Positions 39,001-47,026 of a DNA stretch of 64,000 nucleotides are shown piece after piece. A program made the position numbers and the translations under genes. Position 1 is the stretch's first letter, and each line of letters starts with the position of its first letter. The notes under the pieces were generated by a model. That model ran no database searches. It saw only the letters and a list, made by a program, of their open reading frames with translations, and was not told the origin of the DNA. This DNA comes from Elusimicrobiota bacterium (lineage in GTDB: Bacteria > Elusimicrobiota > Elusimicrobia > Elusimicrobiales > UBA9959): assembly GCA_027340875.1 (NCBI GenBank), contig DAIENX010000007.1, positions 96,001 to 160,000 of the forward strand, given 5' to 3'.

Positions 39001-39278
39001 TGAGGGAGGCCGTGATAGAGGCCGGCGTGGTCAGGTTCAGGCCTATGCTGCTGACCGCGCTGGCCGTCATAGTCGGCGCCGGCGTCATACTCTTCGACCC
39101 TATCTTCCAGGGCCTGGCCATCTCGCTGATAGCCGGGCAGATAGCGGCCACGCTGCTTTCGCGCGTCGCCGTGCCGGTGCTGTACTACCTGGCCTTCGCG
39201 GGCCGGGAGCACCGTCTGAAGCCCGCAGCCGCCGAGCCCGAGGTCCGCGAGGAACTGCTCGGCGCGACCGGGGAATAA
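36027..39278 (+). CDS. RND family efflux permease (AcrB/CusA-like)
   Basis: PREEEPQI, GILVDDAIVVVEN, GIVVRNSIILVDF and RFRPMLLT motifs; SD GGAG before ATG 36027. Confidence 0.93.
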   Translation: MQNPEHKYGMAGRIAESFIGSRLTPILIITFILLGVFSTFKLPREEEPQINVPMFDIMVPFYGAAPKEIEKHLVEVGERKLWEIPGVEYIYSMAQPNFAMFTVRFKVGTSPETAANLIYTKTLDNKDIFPRGTGEPLIKFRAIDDVPVLALTLWGRDKSGYDLRRVAARIQTEINSVQNVSETRIIGGHKRQFIVHFDPVSIARHRLTPPMLAGIIKMSNANLPAGHYNKGDTVLLAQTDAFVRSAEDLRNIVVGVYDGKPVRLSEVADIADGPDEEERSVTMLQGPASSSKAGPSDAVTLSVAKRRGANATEVAREILSRVEAMKGKEIPDGVSLTVTRNYGETAKAKSDELIYHMLLATLSVTVLIALTLGLREAAVVLVAIPVTLALTMLVYFLYGYTLNRITLFALIFSIGILVDDAIVVVENINRHCMLHRKNSLFRNILNAVDEVGNPTILATWTVIASILPMAFVRGLMGPYMRPIPIGASVAMLFSLGVAFAFTPWLYAKVVEKWPLKHHGHGREGALDRWYRGLMKKLIYKPAAGRQFLLFTALLLAGALAMVAFRLVIFKTLPFDNKNEFQVIINMPESSSLARTEKAAKEMAAYLSTVPEVRDLQVYAGTSAPYNFNGLVRHYFLRREPYQADIQVNLSDKHERRRQSHDIALAARPKLKEIADSYGARVQVAEVPPGPPVLATMLVEVYDPNPKNQRALAEEIKNLLRKSDGIVDVDSYIPDDQPITRLEVDRQKATLNGIAAADIVQTAAMSLSGADIDSAHVEDENEAVDIRLRLSPEKRRELSTLKEIKFFSPNGTAIPMASFVKAENGLENQPIYRKNLQRVAYVTADIAGGTESPVYAVLDLKKKIDELSRARGAEIKQYFTRQPDSASETAIKWDGEWQITYEVFRDLGLAFAMVLVLIYILVVAWFEDFLTPFIIMAAIPMALIGIIPAHWAMRAFFTATSMIGFIASAGIVVRNSIILVDFINLKVREGMELREAVIEAGVVRFRPMLLTALAVIVGAGVILFDPIFQGLAISLIAGQIAATLLSRVAVPVLYYLAFAGREHRLKPAAAEPEVREELLGATGE

Positions 39279-39292
39279 TCGAGGAGAATAAA

Positions 39293-39484
39293 ATGAAACT
39301 CAATGACGCGTTAAGGCTGCTGGCCGGGTTCATGGTGCTGCTGAGCGCGGCGCTCACGGTCTACGTGAACGGCAGCTTCATCTGGCTGACGGTGTTCGTG
39401 GGGGCCAACCTGCTGCAGTCGGCCTTCACCAAGTGGTGCCCGGCGATCTGGTTCTTCCGGAAGCTGGGTCTGAAGGAATGCTGA
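39293..39484 (+). CDS. DUF2892 (YgaP-like) small membrane protein
   Basis: LRLLAG, FVGANLLQSAFTKWCP; SD GAGGAG. Confidence 0.85.
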   Translation: MKLNDALRLLAGFMVLLSAALTVYVNGSFIWLTVFVGANLLQSAFTKWCPAIWFFRKLGLKEC

Positions 39485-39496
39485 GGAAACGCAAAC

Positions 39497-39661
39497 ATGA
39501 TGAAAGAGGAAAAGAAGAAAGAACCCGCGACAGGGAAATACGTATACGACAGGAATACGGGAAAAGTCGTGAAGGTGTCGGACCGGGCGAGCGCGACGAA
39601 GAAAGATGCGGCGCCCTCCTTTCCGTCCTGCGGGACTGGCGGCTGCTGCTGCGGAAACTGA
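39497..39661 (+). CDS. Small Cys-rich protein (54 aa), not in ORF track
   Basis: SD GAGGA; MMKEEKKKEPATGKYVYDRNTGKVVKVSDRASATKKDAAPSFPSCGTGGCCCGN. Confidence 0.6.
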   Translation: MMKEEKKKEPATGKYVYDRNTGKVVKVSDRASATKKDAAPSFPSCGTGGCCCGN

Positions 39662-39678
39662 GCTAGGCCCGCGGGGCC

Positions 39679-40335
39679 TCAGCGCAGCAGCTCGGCCGCG
39701 AAAGCCTTGGCTTCCTCTATGAAGCCCGGCCACTCGCCGGGCGATAGCAGGCCGCGCTGTTTTATCAGCAGCAGGAACCCCGGCGCTCCCTGCACCATCA
39801 GCCCGAGGTTCTGCTCGAACCAGGCTGCGCGGCGGGAGCCGAAGAAGGCGCGCACGCGCTCCTCGTCGGGGCCGGTCAGCCTGTACTTGTCCGAGAAGAG
39901 CGGGAACTCGGGCAGGTCTATGTCCTTGAAGCCTATCATCTCCCCGAGCTTATACATCAGCGTCTCCGGCTTCAGGTCGAAGCGCGGGATGTCGCCGCCG
40001 CAGGCCATCAGGGCCACGGTGTGCCTGCGGACGCTCCGGCTTTTCCCGGAGCCGATGGTGTAGCTGTAGTCGAACAACTTGACGGCGCCGTGCTGCGACT
40101 GGACCTCCACCATATTGAACGCGCGCCTGGAACGGCCCAGCGAAAAAAGCTCCAGGCCGGCCGCCGCCAGCGCGGCGGGGTCCGGGCCTTCCTGCGCAAA
40201 GATCAGCCCCATCGACGCCGCCATGGCCTCGATGTCCTTACGGCGCTTCCACACAAGGTACAGGGATCCGCCTCCGAAAACCGCCGCTATCACGAGGAAT
40301 ATAACGACCGGATGCGTTCCGAGCAGATCTTGCAT
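39679..40335 (-). CDS. Hypothetical membrane-anchored protein
   Basis: N-terminal TM followed by KRRK; GFKDIDL..FSDKY motif. Confidence 0.7.
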   Translation of the reverse strand: MQDLLGTHPVVIFLVIAAVFGGGSLYLVWKRRKDIEAMAASMGLIFAQEGPDPAALAAAGLELFSLGRSRRAFNMVEVQSQHGAVKLFDYSYTIGSGKSRSVRRHTVALMACGGDIPRFDLKPETLMYKLGEMIGFKDIDLPEFPLFSDKYRLTGPDEERVRAFFGSRRAAWFEQNLGLMVQGAPGFLLLIKQRGLLSPGEWPGFIEEAKAFAAELLR

Positions 40336-40607
40336 CAGTTCCCCCCCGTCTTGTTGAGGTCCAGGCTGTCCAGGTTGGTCTTTTCCGTCTTCTCGTAGAG
40401 CTCTTTGGCGGCCTTGGCCTTGGAGATCTGGTCCACCTGGCCGCGCAGATAATTACCCGCGGCCGTAGCCGGCGGCTTCTCGGCCGGAGCGGCCGCCTGC
40501 GCCGGCTCGGCCTTCGGCTGCGGCACCTGCTCAGGCTGCTTCTTCTTGCAGGCCGCGGCTAAGAGCAGCGCCGGCACCAGCCACGCCATAAGCGATCTGT
40601 TCGTCAT
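40335..40607 (-). CDS. Small lipoprotein
   Basis: Lipobox LAAAC followed by KKK and a Pro/Ala-rich linker. Confidence 0.7.
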   Translation of the reverse strand: MTNRSLMAWLVPALLLAAACKKKQPEQVPQPKAEPAQAAAPAEKPPATAAGNYLRGQVDQISKAKAAKELYEKTEKTNLDSLDLNKTGGN

Positions 40608-40616
40608 GTCCCCCCC

Positions 40617-41642
40617 TTAAAGGTCTATGAGATGTTCAGCTATCTGCACCGAATTAAGGGCAGCGCCCTTGTAAAGGTTGTCGGATACCACCCAGAGCTG
40701 GAACTCGCGCGGCGAGGTCTTGGAGCGGCGCAGGCGGCCGGAGTAGACTATGTCGGTCCTGTGGCCGTTCTCCAGCGGCGTCGGGTAGTTCTCTGGTTCG
40801 GGCAGGAACTTCAGCCCCGGGGTCCTGGCGAACTCCCGCCTGATATCGGCGAGGCCGCAGGGCCTTGAAGTGGTGAACCAGAGCGCCAGGGAATGCCCGC
40901 GCAGCACCGGCACGCGCACCGAGGTCACGCTGATGCGCAGGCGCGGAGCGCCCAGTATCTTTTTCAGCTCCGCCTCCACCTTGTTCTCCTCGCCGGTATT
41001 CCCTTCCGCGTCGAAGCCGCCAACCTGCGGGAAAAGATTGAAGGCTATCGGCCGGGGAAAGCCCTTTCCCTTGAGGCGCGGCACGGAACCTTTCCGGAGA
41101 TAACCGCGCAGCTCCTCTTCCAGCTCAGTCATCGCGGCCTTTCCGGCCCCGGAGACTGCCTGATAGGTGGCCATGCGCAGCTCGGAGAGGCCGTAGCGCC
41201 TGTGCACCCCCGCCAGCGCCACCGCGGCGCCGGTCAGCGTGCAGTTGGGACCGGCGATAAGGCGCCTCGAAGACTTCAGCTCGCCGCCGTTCACCTCCGG
41301 GATCACCAGCGGCACTTTCGGGGAGAGCCGGAACTGCGAGGAATCGTCTACGCACCAGACCCCCTCGGCCGCCAGCCGCGGGGCGAACTTCTCCGAGACT
41401 TCCTCGTTAGAGACGAAAAAAACGATATCGGCCCGCTTCAGGGCCCCGAAGGACGGGGCCGAGCAGGCGTAGCGCCTGCCGCGGAACCTTACGTATGCGG
41501 CCCTGCGGCCGGAGTTGAAGGCGTACAGCTCGGCGACCGGGAAGCGCCGGCTCTCCAGCAGGCCCAGCAGCTCCCCCCCCACCATGCCAGAGGCCCCCAC
41601 CACCGCCACGTCGAACTTTCCGGATCCCTTCTTTCCGTTCAT
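40617..41642 (-). CDS. asd: Aspartate-semialdehyde dehydrogenase
   Basis: VVGASGMVG, PLVIPEVN, PNCT, YQAVSGAG, RVPVLRGHS and DNLYKGAALN motifs. Confidence 0.95.
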   Translation of the reverse strand: MNGKKGSGKFDVAVVGASGMVGGELLGLLESRRFPVAELYAFNSGRRAAYVRFRGRRYACSAPSFGALKRADIVFFVSNEEVSEKFAPRLAAEGVWCVDDSSQFRLSPKVPLVIPEVNGGELKSSRRLIAGPNCTLTGAAVALAGVHRRYGLSELRMATYQAVSGAGKAAMTELEEELRGYLRKGSVPRLKGKGFPRPIAFNLFPQVGGFDAEGNTGEENKVEAELKKILGAPRLRISVTSVRVPVLRGHSLALWFTTSRPCGLADIRREFARTPGLKFLPEPENYPTPLENGHRTDIVYSGRLRRSKTSPREFQLWVVSDNLYKGAALNSVQIAEHLIDL

Positions 41643-42697
41643 TCCGATGCGTCCCCTTCGCCGGCGGGCTGTTCCGGAGCAGGCTGCTCCGGCGCCGCCT
41701 GCTTCATGGGCGGGATGGTTATCTCCTTGGAATAGCCCACGTTCTCCAGGCTGTCAACGGCGGCCGCCCTCAGGTAGAACATATCCGCGGATATCCCGTC
41801 CCGGGCGAAGGTCCAGAAATACGGGGCCCTGAAGAAATATCTGGTCACCCGCTGCCAGTCGAACTTGTCGTAGGAGACCTCCAGCCAGGCCGCGCGCACG
41901 TCCTCGCCTATGGCCGAGAAGGAGACGTTTATCTCCGTGGAGGTGAGCTCGGCGGCGAAGCCCTTGATGAAGACGCGGTACTCGTTGAACGGCACGAGCT
42001 TCACGGCCATAGCCGGCTTTATGCCGGAGATCGGGGTCTCCAGCACGCCGTCGCCCGAAGGCGCGTTGCCCCTGATGGAGCGGTTGACCCAGACGTTCTC
42101 CTCGCCGCCGCCGCTCATCGCGGCCGCTATTATCGGGGAGCTGGACGCCGAGACGAAGTAGCGGGAAGAGGACCAGAGCGCGAGATAGTTGTCCTTGTCC
42201 CCGGAGACGCGGGACAGCGGGACCTCGGCCCAGACCCACCGGGAGGAGTCCACACCGTCGAGGGAATCGTTCGGCAGCGGCTCCCGCGGCAGGTCGGCCG
42301 CCTCGGCCAGGAAATAGGTGTGGTCCGAGCTGAACGTCGGGGCCTGGTTCACCGCCATGTAGATCTTGCCGGGTATCGGCTCGGGGTCCCAGGAATAGGG
42401 CCACGACATGATCTTCGCGCGGCCGAGCTTGGCCCCGACGTACGCCTTCGCGTAGCCGGCGGTGGGTATCGGCGGCAGCTTGACGATCCAGCAGTTGTTG
42501 TAGCCGACGTACCAGTCCGCGTGGAAGCCGCCGTCGGCGTAGAGATAGTAGCGCCCGAGGTTGCGCTCCGGGGCGAAGTACGCGGGCACGAAGGCCTTCG
42601 GGCCCGCGGAGAATACCGGCCCGCCCTCGGCGGCCGCCGGCGCGGCGGGCGCGGCGAGCAGCGCGGCGAGCAGCAGAGTCTTAGCCAGGCGTGCCAT
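41639..42697 (-). CDS. Hypothetical secreted beta-rich protein
   Basis: Signal peptide, aromatic-rich sequence, Ig-like C-terminus (YLRAAAVDSLEN). Confidence 0.65.
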   Translation of the reverse strand: MARLAKTLLLAALLAAPAAPAAAEGGPVFSAGPKAFVPAYFAPERNLGRYYLYADGGFHADWYVGYNNCWIVKLPPIPTAGYAKAYVGAKLGRAKIMSWPYSWDPEPIPGKIYMAVNQAPTFSSDHTYFLAEAADLPREPLPNDSLDGVDSSRWVWAEVPLSRVSGDKDNYLALWSSSRYFVSASSSPIIAAAMSGGGEENVWVNRSIRGNAPSGDGVLETPISGIKPAMAVKLVPFNEYRVFIKGFAAELTSTEINVSFSAIGEDVRAAWLEVSYDKFDWQRVTRYFFRAPYFWTFARDGISADMFYLRAAAVDSLENVGYSKEITIPPMKQAAPEQPAPEQPAGEGDASE

Positions 42698-42700
42698 GTG

Positions 42701-43573
42701 TTACTTTTTTATTATTCGTGTTACCCTGTCGAGATCGTCGAAGGAGAAGTAATGCACGACGATCCGGCCGTTCTGCGGGCCGGGGCCGGGGCAGACCTCG
42801 ACCTTCGTGCCGAGCGTCTTCTCCAGCTCCGATTCCAGGGCCAGCACCTCGGGGGTGCGCCTGGAGCCGCCCCGCGGGGCCTTCGCGGCGCGCGGCCTGT
42901 CCTTGTGGAAGCCCTGCGCGAAGCCCTCCACGTCCCTGACGGTCAGCTTCTCGCTGATGATCCGCTGGTAGAATTCCCTTCTCTTGGAAGAATCGGGGAT
43001 GGAGATGAGCGCCCGCGCATGCCCCTCCGTGATGGCGCCGGACTGTATGCCCTGGCGGATATCGGCGTCCAGCTCGAGCAGGCGCAGCGTGTTGGAGACG
43101 GCCGCGCGGGATTTCCCCACCCGGGCCGCGATGTCGGCCTGGGAAACGCTGAAACTGTCCATCAGCTGGCGGTAGGCCATGGCGGTGTCCACCGCATTGA
43201 GGTCCTCCCGCTGTATGTTCTCTATCAGGGAAAGCCCCAGCTTCTGCTCGTCGCTCAGGTCCTTCCTTATTATAGCGTCTATCTCAGCCAGGCCGGCCAG
43301 TTTGCAGGCCCGGAGCCGGCGCTCGCCGGCCAGCACGGTGTACTGCCCGTCGCCGTTATTCCTCCAGACGGTAATAGGCTGCAGCAGCCCGCCGGACTTT
43401 ATGGACTCGGCAAGCTCGGCCAGCTTCTCCTCGTCGAAGATCCTGCGGGGCTGATAAGGGTTCGGAATGATGGCGCCCACCGGGATCTTCTGCACCATGT
43501 CCCCGGAAATATCGTTGTCCCGCACTTTCGTTATAAGCGAATCTATGCCCCTGCCTAATGCCTTCCTGCTCAT
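42701..43573 (-). CDS. parB: Chromosome partitioning protein ParB
   Basis: RKALGRGI, PNPYQPR, AGERRLRA, ENIQREDLN and HTH GKSRAAVSNTLRLL. Confidence 0.96.
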   Translation of the reverse strand: MSRKALGRGIDSLITKVRDNDISGDMVQKIPVGAIIPNPYQPRRIFDEEKLAELAESIKSGGLLQPITVWRNNGDGQYTVLAGERRLRACKLAGLAEIDAIIRKDLSDEQKLGLSLIENIQREDLNAVDTAMAYRQLMDSFSVSQADIAARVGKSRAAVSNTLRLLELDADIRQGIQSGAITEGHARALISIPDSSKRREFYQRIISEKLTVRDVEGFAQGFHKDRPRAAKAPRGGSRRTPEVLALESELEKTLGTKVEVCPGPGPQNGRIVVHYFSFDDLDRVTRIIKK

Positions 43574-43610
43574 TGAATATTCTCCTTAAAATACAAAGCT
43601 TTTTTCTATA

Positions 43611-44450
43611 CTAGCCGCCCAGGTCATACTCCATCTCCGCTTCCTCGTTGACATAGAGGTCGGAGTTCTTGTAGCGGGAGATATCCACGCCGCGGCGGGC
43701 CAGGAATTCCAGCGCCAGCTCCTTGTACGCCAGGGCGCCGCGGGAGCTGGGGTCATAGACGAAGATAGGCTGGCCGTAGCTCGGGGCCTCGGCCAGGCGG
43801 ACGTTCCTGGGGATAACGGTCTTGTACAGTTTCTCCCCGTAGTATCTGGCTATCTCCTCTTTCACCTGGTTGGCGAGGTTTATCCTCGAATCGAACATGG
43901 TTATGACGCCGCCGTCTATCTTCAGGCCGGGATTAAGGGCCACTTTTATTTTTTCGACGGTGTTCATGAAGTAGGCCAGGCCCTCCATGGCGTAATATTC
44001 GCACTGCACGGGCGTGATCACGGAATCGGAGGCATTGAGCGCATTAACGGTCAGCAGCCCGAGCGACGGAGGGCAGTCTATAACGATGAACTTGTACATC
44101 CCCCTCACCTTATCCAGGGCTCTCTTCAGGACGGCCTCCCGGGAAAGCACCCCGACCAGCTCTATCTCGGCGCCGGCGAGGTTGTGGCTGGTGGGAACGA
44201 TGTCCAGCCACTCCACGGAGGTCTGGTGTATAGCCGCCTCCACCGGGGCCCTCCCGCTCAGCACGTCGTAGATATTCTTGTTGTTCTTGGTGATGTCCAC
44301 GCCCAGGCCCGACGTGGAATTACTCTGCGGGTCGAAGTCTATCAGCAGCGTTTCATAGTCGAAAGCGGCCAGGGCCACCGCCAGGTTGATTGCCGTGGTG
44401 GTCTTCCCTACGCCGCCCTTCTGGTTGGCTACTGCCACTATTTCTGACAT
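43611..44450 (-). CDS. parA: Chromosome partitioning ATPase ParA/Soj
   Basis: ANQKGGVGKTTT, IDCPPSLG, QCEYYAMEG and IPRNVRLAEAPS motifs. Confidence 0.96.
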   Translation of the reverse strand: MSEIVAVANQKGGVGKTTTAINLAVALAAFDYETLLIDFDPQSNSTSGLGVDITKNNKNIYDVLSGRAPVEAAIHQTSVEWLDIVPTSHNLAGAEIELVGVLSREAVLKRALDKVRGMYKFIVIDCPPSLGLLTVNALNASDSVITPVQCEYYAMEGLAYFMNTVEKIKVALNPGLKIDGGVITMFDSRINLANQVKEEIARYYGEKLYKTVIPRNVRLAEAPSYGQPIFVYDPSSRGALAYKELALEFLARRGVDISRYKNSDLYVNEEAEMEYDLGG

Positions 44451-44477
44451 ATCAGCTCCGTTCCTTCCGCGCGCCCT

Positions 44478-44637
44478 GTTTTCACGTGAAACGTTCCTGC
44501 GCCGCGGTATCCACAATTCTATAGATTTGGGCCATCCGTGTCAACTGTACGCCGGTTTGGCCGCTGTTTTCACGTGAAACACCCCCTCCCGCCCGCTTCA
44601 TGGTATTTTGGGCGGGGGTCTGTTTTCACGTGAAAAC
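44478..44637. promoter_or_regulatory. Cluster of three parS-like sites
   Basis: GTTTTCACGTGAAACG (44478-44493), GTTTTCACGTGAAACA (44566-44581) and GTTTTCACGTGAAAAC (44622-44637), versus consensus TGTTTCACGTGAAACA; immediately upstream of parA. Confidence 0.85.
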
Positions 44638-44642
44638 CGCCC

Positions 44643-44939
44643 CTACCCCATTCTCTTGGCCGCTTCCGCGGCATCGATATCCCCGCGCTCCAGATCTTCC
44701 AATATCTTTGAAAGTTTTTCGCGCCTGTGCCGCCCCTGGGAGAACTTGTGCCCCCACCACTGCCGCCCGAAAAGAGCGTCCCATATAGACATAAGACCGA
44801 CGGCCACTATTATGACGGGCCAGTCGCGCCCAAAATGGAACGACAGGCTGATATACCCCAGGTTGTGCGCCCATATCAGGGCGCCGGCGCCGGCGATAAT
44901 AATTCCCCAGAAGAACTTCCTCATGCTGAATGCGAGCAT
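44643..44939 (-). CDS. Small membrane protein (DUF5668/LiaF-like TM plus SHOCT-like tail)
   Basis: FFWGIIIAG..NLG..DWPVIIVAVGL; tail ILEDLERGDIDAAEA. Confidence 0.65.
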   Translation of the reverse strand: MLAFSMRKFFWGIIIAGAGALIWAHNLGYISLSFHFGRDWPVIIVAVGLMSIWDALFGRQWWGHKFSQGRHRREKLSKILEDLERGDIDAAEAAKRMG

Positions 44940-44950
44940 TGTCTCCCCCT

Positions 44951-45316
44951 TTATTCTATGAATATCTCCACTTTGTCCCCGCCATCCTGAACATCCACTA
45001 TCTTCATGGGCGTCTGCTGCTCTATAGCCTCCTGTATGCGCCCCAGGTCGACGTTGTAGCCCTTCCCCTCCAGCTTGGACCTTATCTTCCCCTCTATGAA
45101 AGGAAGCATGAACTTCGCCCAGCCCAGCGGCACGTTCACGTTCACTTTGGGCTCCGACGTCCCCCCCTCGTACACGCGTATCCGGAGCGCCCGCCCCTTA
45201 CCGGCCTCCGGCGCCGGCGACGAAGCCTCCAGCGCCTCCAGCAGCGACATGGCTTCCGCGGTGCCGATCTTCTTCTCCTCCAGCAGCTTCAATATGCGCA
45301 TCTTCTCTTCGTTCAT
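44951..45316 (-). CDS. SHOCT-like domain protein
   Basis: EEKMRILKLLEEKKI..EA..LLEAL, LRIRV, KVNVNVPL and DKVEIFIE motifs. Confidence 0.75.
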   Translation of the reverse strand: MNEEKMRILKLLEEKKIGTAEAMSLLEALEASSPAPEAGKGRALRIRVYEGGTSEPKVNVNVPLGWAKFMLPFIEGKIRSKLEGKGYNVDLGRIQEAIEQQTPMKIVDVQDGGDKVEIFIE

Positions 45317-45325
45317 AACCCCTCC

Positions 45326-45694
45326 TTATGACTCAAGACCCTTCAACAGCCCGACGGCTTCCTGCGCGGAGATCTCCCCCCGCTCAAGCCTTGAAACTAT
45401 CTCCAGCCTGCGCTTCTTGGCCTCGGCCCGCAGGCTTCCCAGTCCGAGCCGGTTCAGCAGGGCATCCAGCCTTCCCTTGACCGTAGGATAGGAGATATTA
45501 AGCTGCCTCTCCACCTCCTTGATATTTCCCCGGGCGGACAAAAAGACCCGCAGGAAATTTTCATCCTCTTTGGAAAGCAGGGCAAAAACCGGCAGCTCGA
45601 AGTTGCCCTTGATGGTGGTATGGCAGTCACCGCAACCAAGCTCAGTTACGACCACCTTTCCGCCGCAAGAAGGACATTTATTAGGAATATTCAT
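45326..45694 (-). CDS. DUF2089 family zinc-ribbon/HTH protein
   Basis: CPSCG..L.C.DC.T.IKGNF, GNIKEVERQLNISYPTVK and LERGEISAQEA motifs. Confidence 0.88.
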   Translation of the reverse strand: MNIPNKCPSCGGKVVVTELGCGDCHTTIKGNFELPVFALLSKEDENFLRVFLSARGNIKEVERQLNISYPTVKGRLDALLNRLGLGSLRAEAKKRRLEIVSRLERGEISAQEAVGLLKGLES

Positions 45695-45743
45695 ATATTC
45701 AATTTACACATTAATATTTTCAATATTTTATTTCACTATTCAA

Positions 45744-45772
45744 ATTATAACAGAACATATTTAAAATGTCAA
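45744..45772 (-). promoter_or_regulatory. Consensus sigma70 promoter of the DUF2089 operon
   Basis: Minus strand TTGACA (45772-45767)-17 bp-TATAAT (45749-45744). Confidence 0.8.
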
Positions 45773-45781
45773 GGCCAAAAT

Positions 45782-45820
45782 AAAAAACCGCCCTCCTTAT
45801 ATTAAACATAAGGAAGGCGG
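45782..45820 (-). terminator. Intrinsic terminator
   Basis: Hairpin CCGCC.TCCTTAT / ATAAGGA.GGCGG followed by a T run on the minus strand. Confidence 0.7.
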
Positions 45821-45835
45821 CAGAAAACCAGGTCT

Positions 45836-46951
45836 TTAGCCTACTTTCGAAGCCAGCAACGACACCTGCTCAAGAATTTTTTTCACATCCTCCGTTCTCA
45901 CGCACCCTTCCCGGGTGAAAGAGAACTTGAACTCTCCGCCCTCCAGGGACATCCCGGTAAAACCGGCGGCATCGGAAAAGATTCCCGGCTCGCGCCTGGC
46001 GGGGGGGAGGATGCGCATGGCCTCGCCGGGCCTGTCGCAGCGCACGTCGTAAAAATCCCAGTGCGGCACGTCGGGAACGCGGGGGAGAGAGCCGAACGAG
46101 ACCCCCAGCGCGTTCTCGGGCTTCACCGAGAGCCTGAGGCCCGACGAATTCGGACAGCGGCAGAGCACCTGCAGCATGAAGCTGGGCGGCGCGCCCCTGC
46201 TCGAGGCGCGCTGGTCCACGTCGAAGAACACCTCCAGGCCGTTCATGAAGCCCTTGGAATCATAGATCCCGTCGCCGGAGCCGGCGTCGACGAAGCCGAG
46301 CTTGGCGCCGATAGCGCGCCCCTCGCCGCTGCGCTGGCGCGACATGCCGAAATACGCCCCGGCCATCCCGACGATCAGCCCCAGGAGCCCCAAAACGCCG
46401 TAAGGACGGCTATTCTCCGGCGAGAAAGCCCCTGCCGCAATGAACACGCCCAGGAATATGCCGCCGATCACCAGAAGAAAGGAGAACAGCGCCAGAGCCC
46501 CGTAAAGGACGTTGGAACGGACCGCGGGAGTGCCGTACAGCAGTTTGCCGCCTATAACGACGAGCACGCCCAGCGGGATAAGGGAAAAGGTCGATACGGA
46601 ATAGGTGTTCACGCCGTTGGGCCCCGCGAAGAAGGCCGCGGCTCCGCCCAGGACCATCAGCGCGCCCGTCAGGTACACCCAGGAAGGCGCCTCGGCGGGC
46701 ACTTCGACGCCCATCAGCTCGGGAAGGAGGGTCTCGTCCTCCCCGGAGGGAGGGGGCGGCGGCGCGCCCGACGGAAGAGACCGCTCCTCATCCCGGCCGA
46801 TGAAGGGGGAAACCACGAACAGCACCCCTCCGAGGACCATCAGGGCGAAGGACAGGTAGAACAAAGAGTTCCCGGGGTAATAACGCTCAAGCCTGAAGCC
46901 TATCACGGAGGCCACGAGGAGGGGAAAACCGGCCTTACGAAGCACCTTCAT
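45836..46951 (-). CDS. Hypothetical multi-pass membrane protein
   Basis: About six hydrophobic segments plus a soluble C-terminal domain. Confidence 0.65.
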   Translation of the reverse strand: MKVLRKAGFPLLVASVIGFRLERYYPGNSLFYLSFALMVLGGVLFVVSPFIGRDEERSLPSGAPPPPPSGEDETLLPELMGVEVPAEAPSWVYLTGALMVLGGAAAFFAGPNGVNTYSVSTFSLIPLGVLVVIGGKLLYGTPAVRSNVLYGALALFSFLLVIGGIFLGVFIAAGAFSPENSRPYGVLGLLGLIVGMAGAYFGMSRQRSGEGRAIGAKLGFVDAGSGDGIYDSKGFMNGLEVFFDVDQRASSRGAPPSFMLQVLCRCPNSSGLRLSVKPENALGVSFGSLPRVPDVPHWDFYDVRCDRPGEAMRILPPARREPGIFSDAAGFTGMSLEGGEFKFSFTREGCVRTEDVKKILEQVSLLASKVG

Positions 46952-46976
46952 GAGCAGATTATATCAGCCGGCGGGG

Positions 46977-47006
46977 AAAAAAGAAAGGCCCGGTCTCCCG
47001 GGCCTT
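46977..47006 (-). terminator. Intrinsic terminator
   Basis: AAGGCCCGG-TCTC-CCGGGCCTT with a T-rich tail on the minus strand, after the 47027-47293 gene. Confidence 0.7.
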
Positions 47007-47026
47007 GGCGCCAAGCGCGCGCGGGC

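Noticed and set aside
27011..40024. Additional CACGGTGTG matches near 27011 (in glmS) and 40015
   Set aside because: They lie inside coding sequence without the enclosing stems, so they are treated as chance matches.
45695..45835. AT-rich stretch near parAB as oriC
   Set aside because: No DnaA-box cluster. It is explained by a promoter, leader and terminator.
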